A DNA stretch of 64,000 nucleotides from positions 224,001-288,000 of the forward strand of contig CAVTHO010000009.1 in the NCBI GenBank assembly GCA_963734545.1. Direction: 5' to 3'. The stretch's first letter is position 1. Each line of letters opens with the position of its first letter. The notes below the pieces were generated by a model. The model did no database searches, was not told where the DNA came from, and was given only the letters and a program-made list of their open reading frames with translations. Positions 20,180-29,808 of the stretch are shown here, piece by piece. Source of the stretch: an uncultured Spirochaetota bacterium. GTDB taxonomy: Bacteria > Spirochaetota > Spirochaetia > SZUA-6 > Fen-1364. A program made the translations under genes and the position numbers.

Positions 20180-22717
20180 TCAGCTCCACTTCACCAGGCC
20201 GGGGAGGAAGGGATGCACCAGCGCCCTCTGCTTGGGCAGGATGCGCAGCGTGAAACCCTGGCGCCCGGTGCGGTCACACACCACCTCGGCGCAGTACTTC
20301 GCGCTGTCTCCCTCGGTGCCGCAGGGGCTCATCTCCAGCCGCCGCGGCTCTTCGATCTCCCCCTGCGAGGAAAGAGCGCCGTAGTACAGCTCCACGTCGA
20401 TCTCCTCCGGGGAAAGACCGGCCAGGAAGACGCGCGCGTCCACGGAGATCTTCTCCCCGATGGTCAGGATGGAGTGGGAGCTCGAGCTGAGCGCCTCTAT
20501 GCGGAGCGAGTCCCAGGCCTTCCTGAGCTTCTCCAGATAGGCGGCGACTTCCCGGGAGAGCGCAAAGCCCTTCTGCGTGTTCTTGCGGCCGTTGGCCAGC
20601 GCGGGTATGTAGAAGCTCTCGGCGTATTCCCGAAGCATCCTGTGGCTGCTGAACCGCTTGCCTACCTCCCGCATCGACGCCTTCATCTTCCGGATCCACT
20701 CGCGCGGCAGGCCGTCGGGGCCCCGGGTGTAGAACTGGGGAATCACCTCCCGCTCCAGCAGGTCGTAGAGCGCCGCGCCTTCCACCTCGTCCTGCAGGGC
20801 GTGGTCCTCGTACTCCTCCCCCCTGCCCACGGCCCACCCGATGTGCGTCGAATACGCCTCGTCCCACCACCCGTCGAGGATGGAAAGGTTCAGCGTGCCG
20901 TTCATGGCCGCCTTCATGCCGCTGGTGCCGCTCGCCTCCAGGGGACGTCGGGGCGTGTTCAGCCACAGGTCGCTGCCCGACACGAGGTAGCGGGAAATGG
21001 TCATGTCGTAATCCTCGAGAAAGACGATTCTGCTGGCGACCCGGGGATTGCTCGTGAAGTGCACGATCTTCTTTATGATCTCCTTGCCCGCCATGTCGTG
21101 CGGATGCGCCTTGCCCGCGAAGATCATCTGGATGGGCCGCTCGTTGTTTGTCAGCAGCTTGATGAGCCGGTCCGGGTCGGAGAGAAGGAGATCCGCCCTC
21201 TTGTACGCGGCAAATCGGCGGGCAAAGCTGATCGTGAGGGCGTACGGGGAGAGCGCGTTGGCGCTGCGGGTGAGCTCCGAGTTGGTGACGCCCCTCCGCT
21301 CGAGCTGCGCCTGCAGACGCATGCGGGCAAAGGCGACCATTCGTTCGCGGCGGCGCTCGTGCGTGCGCCACAGCTCCTCGTCGGAGACCCGGTCAATCCT
21401 GTCCCAGATCTCCTGGTTGGTGGGCGTGTCGTAGAACTCCGGGCCGAAGTAGCGATCCAGAAGGTCGATCATGTCATGGGTGATCCACGAGCGCGGATGC
21501 ACCCCGTTGGTGATGTGCGTAATGGGGATCTCTTCCAGCGGCAGCGACGGCCAGATCTTGTGCCACATCTGGCGCGACACCTCGCCGTGCAGCCGGCTCA
21601 CCGCGTTGTTGTACGCGGAGAGGCGGAGCGCCAGCACCGTGAGGCAGAACTCCTCACCCTCATTGTTCGGGTCCTCCCTGCCGAGGCCGAGGAACTCCTT
21701 CCAGGACAAACCGAGCTCGCGCGCGATGTCGCCGAAGTACTTCTCCATGAGGTCGGAGGAGAAGCGCTCATTGCCCGCGGGAACCGGCGTATGGGTCGTG
21801 AAGACATTGGTGGACCAGACCGACTGCCACGCCTCCGCGAAGGAGAGCTTGCCGCCGCGCATGAGCTGGCGGATTCTTTCGATGCCGAGGAACGCGGAGT
21901 GTCCCTCGTTCATGTGCATGCAGACCGCCTTGATCCCGAGCGCGGCCAGGGCGCGGATGCCGCCGATACCCAGCACGATCTCCTGCTGCATGCGGGTTTC
22001 GCGGTCCCCGCCGTACAGGGACGCCGTCACGAGGCGCAGCGGCTGGGGATTGGCCTCGATGTTCGTATCCAGGAGATAGAGCATGTTCTTGCCGACTTTT
22101 ACCTGCCAGATCCATGCGGCTGCAGCCGAAGGTCCCAGCTCGACCTGCACGGAGATCGGCGCTCCTTTTGCATCGCGGCACAGGGTGACCGGCATGTTGT
22201 ACCAGTCATTCTCGGGATATGACTCCTGCTGGAAACCGTCCATGTTCAGGTATTGCTGGAAGTATCCCTGGCGATAGAGCAGCCCCACCCCGACGAGGGG
22301 CAGCCCCAGGTCGGAGGAGGTTTTCATGTGATCGCCGGAAAGCATGCCCAGGCCGCCGGAGTACACCGGCAGCGCGACGTCCAGCCCGTACTCCATGGAG
22401 AAATAGGCGATGGCGTCTTCCGCTCCCCCCTTGTACCAGCGCTCCGCCCCGAGGTAGCGCCTGAACTTGGCCCACACGGCATCCAGCGCCGCAAGGAAGG
22501 AGTCGTCGGCGGCCGCCTGCTCCAGCCTGTCCTGGGAAACAAGGCCCAGCATGCGCACCGGGCTCTGGCGCGAGGCGATCCAGGCGTCGTAGTCCAGCCG
22601 CATGAAGAGCATGATCGCCTCGAAGTTCCAGCTGATCCACAGGTTGTGCGCCAACTCTTCCAGCGGCTTCAGCTTTGCCGGAATGTTGGGCTTGATCGTG
22701 AATGCGAGCAGTCCCAT
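20180..22717 (-). CDS. glgP: Alpha-glucan (glycogen) phosphorylase
   Basis: AYFSMEYG, YSGGLG, HMNEGH, FTTHTPVPAG, FAGKAHP, EASGTSGMK; real start MGLLAFTIKP at 22717. Confidence 0.96.
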   Translation of the reverse strand: MGLLAFTIKPNIPAKLKPLEELAHNLWISWNFEAIMLFMRLDYDAWIASRQSPVRMLGLVSQDRLEQAAADDSFLAALDAVWAKFRRYLGAERWYKGGAEDAIAYFSMEYGLDVALPVYSGGLGMLSGDHMKTSSDLGLPLVGVGLLYRQGYFQQYLNMDGFQQESYPENDWYNMPVTLCRDAKGAPISVQVELGPSAAAAWIWQVKVGKNMLYLLDTNIEANPQPLRLVTASLYGGDRETRMQQEIVLGIGGIRALAALGIKAVCMHMNEGHSAFLGIERIRQLMRGGKLSFAEAWQSVWSTNVFTTHTPVPAGNERFSSDLMEKYFGDIARELGLSWKEFLGLGREDPNNEGEEFCLTVLALRLSAYNNAVSRLHGEVSRQMWHKIWPSLPLEEIPITHITNGVHPRSWITHDMIDLLDRYFGPEFYDTPTNQEIWDRIDRVSDEELWRTHERRRERMVAFARMRLQAQLERRGVTNSELTRSANALSPYALTISFARRFAAYKRADLLLSDPDRLIKLLTNNERPIQMIFAGKAHPHDMAGKEIIKKIVHFTSNPRVASRIVFLEDYDMTISRYLVSGSDLWLNTPRRPLEASGTSGMKAAMNGTLNLSILDGWWDEAYSTHIGWAVGRGEEYEDHALQDEVEGAALYDLLEREVIPQFYTRGPDGLPREWIRKMKASMREVGKRFSSHRMLREYAESFYIPALANGRKNTQKGFALSREVAAYLEKLRKAWDSLRIEALSSSSHSILTIGEKISVDARVFLAGLSPEEIDVELYYGALSSQGEIEEPRRLEMSPCGTEGDSAKYCAEVVCDRTGRQGFTLRILPKQRALVHPFLPGLVKWS

Positions 22718-22825
22718 GTATTCGGATGGTAATGAAAAACAAACGCGCTGTACAGCGACGTCCCGCGCGCGCCTCTCGCGTGCGACGGATTGCGGCCGGT
22801 GCCGAGTCGTATTACATTCTCCCGG

Positions 22826-24194
22826 ATGGGTATCTTCAAATCGTACGACATTCGGGGAATCTACGGCAGGGAGTGGGACAGTACGACAGCGCATGCAATC
22901 GGCCGTCACCTCCCTGCGCTCCTCGGCGCGCGCCACATTGCGGTGGGCAGGGACGTGCGGCTTTCCACCGAGGAGGTCTTCCACTCGCTCACACGGGGCC
23001 TGACCGAGTCCGGCTGCGACGTTACCGACATCGGGCTGTGTGACACGCCGGCGGTCTACTTTGCCACGGCGTTCTACGGGATGGAGGGCAGCGTCATGAT
23101 CACCGCGTCCCACAACCCTCCCGAATACAATGGCCTGAAGATCTCCCGCCGCGAGGCGGTTCCGGTAGGCTATGACACGGGCCTGGCGCAGCTCGAAGAG
23201 CTCGTGAGCCGCAAAACGCTGCCGGAGCCGGCGGGCGCGCCGGGGACCGTGCGCGTGCGGGACATCCGCGCGGACTATGTGTCGCATCTGGCGCGATTCC
23301 GCTCGGATCTCTCACCGCTGCGTGTCGTCATCGACTGCTCCAACGGCATGGCGGGAGTGTACCTGAGAGACGCGCTGGAAGGCACGTCCGGCAGCTTCAC
23401 ACTCATGTACGAGGAGCGGGACGGGAGCTTTCCCCACCACGCGCCTAATCCTCTCGTGGAGGAAAACCTGGCGGACCTCAAACGCCGCGTCGTGCGGGAG
23501 AAGGCGAGCCTCGGGATCTGCTTCGACGGGGATGCGGACCGGGTCATGTTCGTCGACGAGACGGGGCGTTTCATCTCCCCCGATCTCATCATCGGTCTCC
23601 TGGGCACCTACTACTTCACGCGTCACCCGGAACAGGCTGGCGGGGGGCAGCCGCGCGGTCACCTACGACGTGCGCTCCTCCCGAAGCGTCGTCGAGTTCC
23701 TGCGCGCGCGCGGCGCGGATCCCCTGATCTGCCGGGTGGGACATTCGTTTGCAAAGAAGCTTCTCCGCGACACGCGGGGGATCGTCGGGGGAGAGCTGGC
23801 GGGACACTACTATTTCCGCGAGAACTACTTCTGCGATTCGGGTCTCATCGCCGCGCTGGTCGTCATGGAAGTACTTGCGGCGGACGGCCGCGCGTTCTCG
23901 AGCGTGATGGAGGACATCCGCAAGTACCATTTCTCCGGCGAGCTCAACTTCACCGTGCCCAACGGCGCGGAGATCGTGCGCAGGGTCCAGGCGGATTACC
24001 CCGAGGGACAGCTCACCGACATCGACGGCATCCGGATGGATTTTCCCGACTGGTGGTTCAACCTGAGGGTCTCTAATACGGAGCCTCTCCTGAGGCTCGT
24101 CGTGGAAGCGGCCACGGAAGGCGGGCTCGAAGAGAGGAAGAAGGAGCTGATCGGGAAGATCAGGCTCTACACGGCGGCCGCCATTCGGGGATGA
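22826..24194 (+). CDS. Phosphomannomutase/phosphoglucomutase; frameshift near 23645
   Basis: FKSYDIRG, TASHNP, FDGDADR, GELAGHYYF, RVSNTEPLLRL. Confidence 0.93.
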
Positions 24195-24219
24195 CCCGGC
24201 GGCTCTTCCCGGGACCGCC

Positions 24220-25830
24220 CTACTGGGGAGGAATCACGAGCTGCCAGCCCGGATAGATCAGGTCCGGGTTCTGGATGAGCTTGCGGTTGCGCCTCCAGAT
24301 GCTGGGCCAGCGGTACGGGTCTCCGTAGATCTCCTTGTATTCCGCGATCCGCCAGAGACAGTCGCGTCGATCCGGAATCAGGCGCACCGTGTAGACGCCC
24401 TTCACCGCGTATGATTTGTAGATGTCGATGTAGCGCTGGGCCTCGTTGAAGTAGTCCAGGGCCTTGACGTAGTTGCCCGCCGCCTTCTCTTTCAGCCCCT
24501 GCACCCAGAGATCGCGCGCCTGCTGCAGGAGGTTCACGGTGGAATCCTCCGCCAGCACGGCGGTGCTCTGATCCGTCGGAATGCGCAACGACTGGCCGCC
24601 GGGAGCGCCGTCCTGCTCCTCCTGCTTCATCATCTGGTCGATTTCCTTGAGCAGCTCGTCCTCTGTCCAGTTCTGCGGCTTGATGAGGGTGCCGTCCTCC
24701 GTCACGATCGTCATCCGTGAAGCATCCTGGAGGGACTTCATGACCTGCGCCTGGGCCGCCTCCGCCTTTGCCTTCGCCTCTGCCTGCCGGCCGTCACGCG
24801 CTTCCCGGGCGATCCGCAGCGTGTCACGGGCAGCCTCCCGGGCAGCACCGAAGTTCTCCTCCGCGTTGTCCAGGTCCCACGCGTGCCACGCGTCGAGCCC
24901 TTTCAGGTAGAGACCGGTGACCTTGTCCTTCTGCTCCGGCGCCCATGTATAGAGCTCTTCGTCTTCGGCCTGTTTCATCAGCTGCTCGGTATCGAACTTG
25001 AGCGTGCGCACATTGGCCAGCCGGGTCTCCAGCCGGTTGCGGAGGTCCGTCATGTCTTTGAGCGCCTTGTATGCCCGAGCGCGCGCGTCGGCATACTCGC
25101 CGTTCCGGTACAGGCCCGCCGCCTCATCTATCCCCGCCGTCGCGGCGGTGAAGTCTTCCGGAAGGAACTTGTCAGCCTCGAGAACGAGCAGTTTCTGCCG
25201 GGCCGCTTCCATCCGGGCCGCCATTTCCTCTCCGGCGCGCTGAACGGCATTGGTGAATGCCAGATCCGCTTTCTCCCGGGAGCCCGCGAGTCTCTGCCGG
25301 GCGGAGGCAGGGTCTGTTGTCCGCAGATCGATCCCCTCGTCCAGCAGGCGCCGCGCCGCATCGTAGTTCTCGCTGTCGTAGTAGTCCGCGTCGACTTCCT
25401 TTGCGCGCGCGAGCGCGTTCCGCGCTTCCGTGATCTCCGTGTCAGTGACAGGACCGGCCTGCTGCGTGGTCTGGATGGTGGTGGTCTGCGCCGTGCCGCC
25501 GATCGTGAACGTGGCGCTCGCAACAGGGGAATCATTCCAGCCTGTCTTGTAGGCGATGGCACGGATCGTGGTTGTGGAGGAGACCTGCAGGGGCCCCGCA
25601 TACACGGTGCCGCTTGTCGAGGTGGGCGCGCTCGAGTCCGTTGTATAACGAATCTCCGCGCCTTCGGTGGAGGAGGTGATCGTCACGGTCTGTGTGTCGG
25701 TGTATGAACCCTCTGCGGGGTTGAATGCCGGCGCCTCGACCGTGTTTTCCGGGGGTTTGGGCGCCGACGGGCAATTCACGAGCAGGAGCGACAGAGCGAA
25801 GATTGCCGGAAGCCGCATCATACGGGCCAT
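24220..25830 (-). CDS. Lipoprotein with Fn3-associated (CHB_HEX_C-like) domain, helical region and C-terminal LysM
   Basis: LLVNC lipobox; APAFNP..G.Y...IRYTTD..P...Y; DCLWRIA..IYGDPYRWPSIW..N..IQNPDLIYPGWQLVIP. Confidence 0.88.
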   Translation of the reverse strand: MARMMRLPAIFALSLLLVNCPSAPKPPENTVEAPAFNPAEGSYTDTQTVTITSSTEGAEIRYTTDSSAPTSTSGTVYAGPLQVSSTTTIRAIAYKTGWNDSPVASATFTIGGTAQTTTIQTTQQAGPVTDTEITEARNALARAKEVDADYYDSENYDAARRLLDEGIDLRTTDPASARQRLAGSREKADLAFTNAVQRAGEEMAARMEAARQKLLVLEADKFLPEDFTAATAGIDEAAGLYRNGEYADARARAYKALKDMTDLRNRLETRLANVRTLKFDTEQLMKQAEDEELYTWAPEQKDKVTGLYLKGLDAWHAWDLDNAEENFGAAREAARDTLRIAREARDGRQAEAKAKAEAAQAQVMKSLQDASRMTIVTEDGTLIKPQNWTEDELLKEIDQMMKQEEQDGAPGGQSLRIPTDQSTAVLAEDSTVNLLQQARDLWVQGLKEKAAGNYVKALDYFNEAQRYIDIYKSYAVKGVYTVRLIPDRRDCLWRIAEYKEIYGDPYRWPSIWRRNRKLIQNPDLIYPGWQLVIPPQ

Positions 25831-25975
25831 TGGAAGCCTCCCTGTCGGCGCATTCTCCAAAGCAGTCTAACAGGGCAAAAATCAGTTGTCAACTCAAAGT
25901 CGAATTGATAGAATGAATTAGAATGCACCGTGGTACGCCGCGGATTTTTTTGCCTGTCGTGTAAGGAGGCCGCGC

Positions 25976-27133
25976 ATGAGGAAGACAATGGTCCTCTCCG
26001 TTCTCTTGCTCTCCTTCGCCGCCGGGCTTCTCTGGGCGCAGTTCTGGAGAGACTACACCGACACGGATCGCCGGGCCACCGGCGAGGCATACTGGCTGGT
26101 GGGCGGGCAGTACGAGGCAATCGGACAACCGGAAGTGGGCGGCTCGTTCAAGGCCATGGCCAGGGAAATCTACCCGGAGCTGGATCCGGCTGCAATCACC
26201 GACCAGGCCCTTCCTTCCGCCGCGGAGATGCTCGCGCAGGGACGAACCACGGAAATCGGCGCGGGCGCGGCCGGGATTCCCGCGGGGGCGGTCAATTCGT
26301 TCTTCCTGCGGTTTCTCGGCGCGCTGCTGGACAAGGACGCCGCCGGTATCGCCGGATTCCTGGACGGGTCAGTGTACCTCACGCGGCCGCCCGCCGAGGT
26401 GAGCCGGGCGGACGCCCAGGCGGCAATGGAGGATTTCTTCAAGGACGCCCCGGTCCCGGACCTTCAGCCTTCCCGCGTGTACAACCTGGACAGCATCGTC
26501 ATAGCCCGGGCCCCGCGCGCCATGCAGGCGGCATGGGGAGAAACCTACACGCTCACGGTCAGCGCCGCGGCCGACTACTCGCAGTACGTGAGCTTCTGGG
26601 ACATGACGCAGCAGTTCTTCATCCGGCGCGTGTCGGGAAACTGGTACCTGTTCGGGTACGGTCCCACGCCCCCTCCGCTCAACTGGACGCCGCAGAAGGC
26701 GCAAGCGGTGGAGCAGCAGGCCCCGGCCACCGCGGCTGAGGCAGACGCCGGCAACGCCATCACTCATGCCTTCACCTCGTGCCTGTCCGCCCTTCTGAAA
26801 AAGGACGCGGAGGGAGCGCTCGCATTCATGAGCCCCAGCGTCCATTTTTTGCGGATGCGCCAGAGCGTCACACGGGATGAGTTGAAGACCACGCTGCAGG
26901 GATATTTCGACACCGCGGATTTCAAGAACGCCGAGGCGTCCGACGTGGTGGACCTCGACAGCATATTTGTAGAGCCCAGCGCGAGCCCGGTGCCGGGCGT
27001 GACAGGAGAGGTCTACATGCTCAACGTGCAGTCCAGGATGGACCTCTCGGCCGGCATCCCGTTCTGGTCGGGCTATCAGAGGTACTATTTCATGCAGGAG
27101 GCGGGGAACTGGGTCATATTCGCGATTCTGTAG
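25976..27133 (+). CDS. Secreted hypothetical protein with an internally duplicated domain
   Basis: AAGGAGG SD, signal peptide, two similar halves (ALL.KDA.G...LDSI...FW...GNW..F). Confidence 0.75.
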   Translation: MRKTMVLSVLLLSFAAGLLWAQFWRDYTDTDRRATGEAYWLVGGQYEAIGQPEVGGSFKAMAREIYPELDPAAITDQALPSAAEMLAQGRTTEIGAGAAGIPAGAVNSFFLRFLGALLDKDAAGIAGFLDGSVYLTRPPAEVSRADAQAAMEDFFKDAPVPDLQPSRVYNLDSIVIARAPRAMQAAWGETYTLTVSAAADYSQYVSFWDMTQQFFIRRVSGNWYLFGYGPTPPPLNWTPQKAQAVEQQAPATAAEADAGNAITHAFTSCLSALLKKDAEGALAFMSPSVHFLRMRQSVTRDELKTTLQGYFDTADFKNAEASDVVDLDSIFVEPSASPVPGVTGEVYMLNVQSRMDLSAGIPFWSGYQRYYFMQEAGNWVIFAIL

Positions 27134-27156
27134 GCCTTCCGCGGTACACCGCGGAG

Positions 27157-28293
27157 TTGGACGCCGAAGGCGCGCCTCGGCAGGGACGACGTTCGCGTCG
27201 AACGGGTACTCCCGTACGCACGAAGCGCGCCTCAGGCCGCGCGGCAATCGCGCGCGCCTTTTCGATCGGACTTCTGCTGATCGCGGGGACGGCGTTCTGC
27301 GAGGGGAAGCTTGGAAGCGTCACGTACCTGGAGGGGGAAGTCTCCATGGTCCGCGACGGCGCGGAAGTGGACAATCTTGCAATAGGGGCGGACCTTCAGA
27401 ATTTCGATCTCATAAGAACCGGCTCCGACGGCCTGGCCGAACTGGAGGTCGCCACATCACAGTCGCCCCGGATGACGATAAAGATCAGTGCGGACACGCA
27501 ATTCTCCTTTGAGATAGCGGCAATCGAGGGAAAGCAACAGACGACCCTGGGCATCCTGGGAGGGAGCATCAGCCTGAAGGCATCCCGTCTCGCCGGCACC
27601 CAGGCACTATCGGTGAAGACGGATACTGCCGTAATGGGGGTGCGGGGCACGCAGTTCGACGTGACGGCACCTCCCACCGGTGACGTCCTGGTGACGTGCG
27701 ATGAAGGTGAAGTGGTCGTCACGGATGACCAGGGCAAGGAGCTTCACGCAATTCCCGGAACCGTCGTGGAAAAAAGGCCGGCCGAGCTGTACCGCACCGT
27801 GCCGGTGGCCGTCTCCGACCTTGCGAAGTTTCGCGGGCAATGGAGCTCCGAGCGCAGGCAGGCGCTGGAAAGAAACGCGCTCCGTTTGATCCAGGCAAAC
27901 GCGAGACTCTACACCGCCCTTGTGGCGGGGTTGAACGCGGCGTACGCCGAGCTCGCGAAAAGCCAGGCCATCCTCAGAAAGTGGGCGGACGAGGACAAAA
28001 GCGCACGGATCGGTCAACGGGCCGAGGTCATCAGGGAAAGAAGGCAGATCGGCGGGCTCCTGGTGCGTCTCCGACGCATTCAATTCCAGCTCGAGCGCGT
28101 CCAGTTCCGACTTCTGCGGCTGAAATCCTACCACGACAGGGGGATCGGGGCAGGACAGCTGGAGGGAGGGGAAACTACAGCGCAGTTCTTCGACAGGTTC
28201 GCGAATGAGCGGAAAGACGTGGAGCAGAAACTGTCATCAACGCGCTCCGTGACAAAGATGTACGTGAGGCGGAGCGAGGGAAGGCTGCCGTAG
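27157..28293 (+). CDS. FecR-domain secreted protein with helical C-terminus (start uncertain)
   Basis: YLEGEV, DLIRTG.DG, VKTDTAVMGVRGTQF, V.CDEGEV. Confidence 0.85.
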   Translation: MDAEGAPRQGRRSRRTGTPVRTKRASGRAAIARAFSIGLLLIAGTAFCEGKLGSVTYLEGEVSMVRDGAEVDNLAIGADLQNFDLIRTGSDGLAELEVATSQSPRMTIKISADTQFSFEIAAIEGKQQTTLGILGGSISLKASRLAGTQALSVKTDTAVMGVRGTQFDVTAPPTGDVLVTCDEGEVVVTDDQGKELHAIPGTVVEKRPAELYRTVPVAVSDLAKFRGQWSSERRQALERNALRLIQANARLYTALVAGLNAAYAELAKSQAILRKWADEDKSARIGQRAEVIRERRQIGGLLVRLRRIQFQLERVQFRLLRLKSYHDRGIGAGQLEGGETTAQFFDRFANERKDVEQKLSSTRSVTKMYVRRSEGRLP

Positions 28294-28558
28294 CCAGGGA
28301 TGGCGAGGGCGAGCGAGTCCAGGGATGGACGAAAGCGAGCCCGTAGGCATGGACGCCGAGGGGCGCCGAGTACATGGATGTACGGCAGGCGCCCCTTAGA
28401 CATGGACGACGTTCGCGTCGAACGGGTATTCCCGTATGGCGAGGGGCGCCGAGTACATGGATGTACGGCAGGCGCCCCTTAGACATGGACGACGTTCGCG
28501 TCGAACGGGGGCGCGGGGCGCCAACTTCGTCCGCCGTCGGCGTCCAGTCCAGGGAGGC
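28293..28558 (+). repeat. Composite palindromic element with a 70-bp direct repeat (28357-28426 and 28440-28509) and eight ANGGA motifs
   Basis: Direct inspection; a partial copy is also present at 27181-27218. Confidence 0.9.
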
Positions 28559-28561
28559 AAT

Positions 28562-28592
28562 AAAAAAGGCTGTCCAGAGGGACAGCCTTTTT
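28562..28592. terminator. Bidirectional Rho-independent terminator
   Basis: AAAAAAGGCTGTCC-AGAG-GGACAGCCTTTTT between convergent genes. Confidence 0.9.
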
Positions 28593-28609
28593 CTTGCACA
28601 GTGTGGGTG

Positions 28610-29704
28610 CTAGAATATCGACTTCTCGGTCTCGATGTCGAAGAAATGGATCTTGCTCAGGTCAGGGTGCAGGTTGGCGGTGTCCCCGATGTGGAAGGTG
28701 AATCGCGGTGCGACCTTTGCGACAAGCTGGTTCGCCTTGGTGCTGACCCAGAGGTGGATCTCGGAACCGAGCGGCTCGATGACCTCCACCTTTGACGGAA
28801 TATTATTCACCCTTTCCGGCGCTTCCGTGTAGAGCAGATCTTCGGGTCTCACGCCGAAGATGGCATCCTTCCCGGCGTAGTTGCGCAGGGTCTCCGACTG
28901 CTGCGGGGTGAGCTCCATCTTGAAGGAGCCTTCATCCGCTATCAGCTTGCCGTTTTCCATCTTCAGGCTGACCTTCATGAAGTTCATCGGAGGGGACCCG
29001 ATGAATCCGGCCACGAACCTGTTCACCGGCGTGTTGTACAGACCCAGCGGCGTGCCGATCTGCTGAATGAGCCCGTCCTTGAGCACCACGATCCTGTCCC
29101 CCATGGTCATTGCCTCGATCTGGTCATGGGTGACATAGATCATCGTTGCCTGGAGCCTGTGGTGCAGCGCGGAAAGCTCGGCCCTCATCTGGACCCTCAG
29201 CTTCGCGTCCAGGTTGGAGAGCGGCTCGTCGAAGAGGAATACCTTGGGCTTGCGCACGATGGCGCGTCCCACCGCGACGCGCTGCCTCTGTCCGCCGGAG
29301 AGCGCCTTGGGCTTCCGGTCGAGCAGCTCCTCGATGTCCAGGATCTGCGCGGCTTCGTGCACGCGCGCGTTGATTTCCGCCTTTGGATACTTGCGGATCT
29401 TCAAGCCGAACGCCATGTTGTCATAGACCGTCATGTGGGGATACAGGGCGTAGTTCTGGAACACCATGGCGATGTCCCGGTCCTTCGGCGCTACGTCGTT
29501 CATGAGCTTTCCGTCGATGTAAAGCTCACCGGTCGAGATTTCCTCGAGCCCCGCGACCATCCTGAGGGTGGTGGTCTTCCCGCAACCCGACGGACCAACC
29601 AGGACGACGAATTCCTTGTCATTAATCGTCAGGTTTGCGTTGTCGACGGCCTTGACGCCGCCTTCATAGATCTTGGTGATGTTTCGCAATTCTACTGTCG
29701 CCAT
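28610..29704 (-). CDS. Sugar ABC transporter ATP-binding protein (MsmX/UgpC/MalK family)
   Basis: GPSGCGKT, FQNYALYPH, LSGGQRQR, DEPLSNLDAKLR. Confidence 0.96.
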   Translation of the reverse strand: MATVELRNITKIYEGGVKAVDNANLTINDKEFVVLVGPSGCGKTTTLRMVAGLEEISTGELYIDGKLMNDVAPKDRDIAMVFQNYALYPHMTVYDNMAFGLKIRKYPKAEINARVHEAAQILDIEELLDRKPKALSGGQRQRVAVGRAIVRKPKVFLFDEPLSNLDAKLRVQMRAELSALHHRLQATMIYVTHDQIEAMTMGDRIVVLKDGLIQQIGTPLGLYNTPVNRFVAGFIGSPPMNFMKVSLKMENGKLIADEGSFKMELTPQQSETLRNYAGKDAIFGVRPEDLLYTEAPERVNNIPSKVEVIEPLGSEIHLWVSTKANQLVAKVAPRFTFHIGDTANLHPDLSKIHFFDIETEKSIF

Positions 29705-29808
29705 TGGCAACCTCCCGCGTGGATTATTCTATGGATACCAGAATAGAATAGAACCCGGGAGATGTCAATTGAAATCTGGGAAACCAGGGGTTCTTTGGGC
29801 CTCGCGCC

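Noticed and set aside
20213-22222. Long antisense ORFs (e.g. 669 aa opposite glgP, 682 aa opposite ppdK, 538 aa at 37671)
   Set aside because: Shadow ORFs expected from high-GC codon bias; no recognisable motifs
22718-23287. Apparent 190-aa N-terminal extension of GlgP
   Set aside because: Overlaps the PMM/PGM gene on the opposite strand; the real start is 22717
28357-28509. Possible CRISPR or IS ends
   Set aside because: Only two 70-bp copies with a 13-bp gap; no transposase or cas gene nearby
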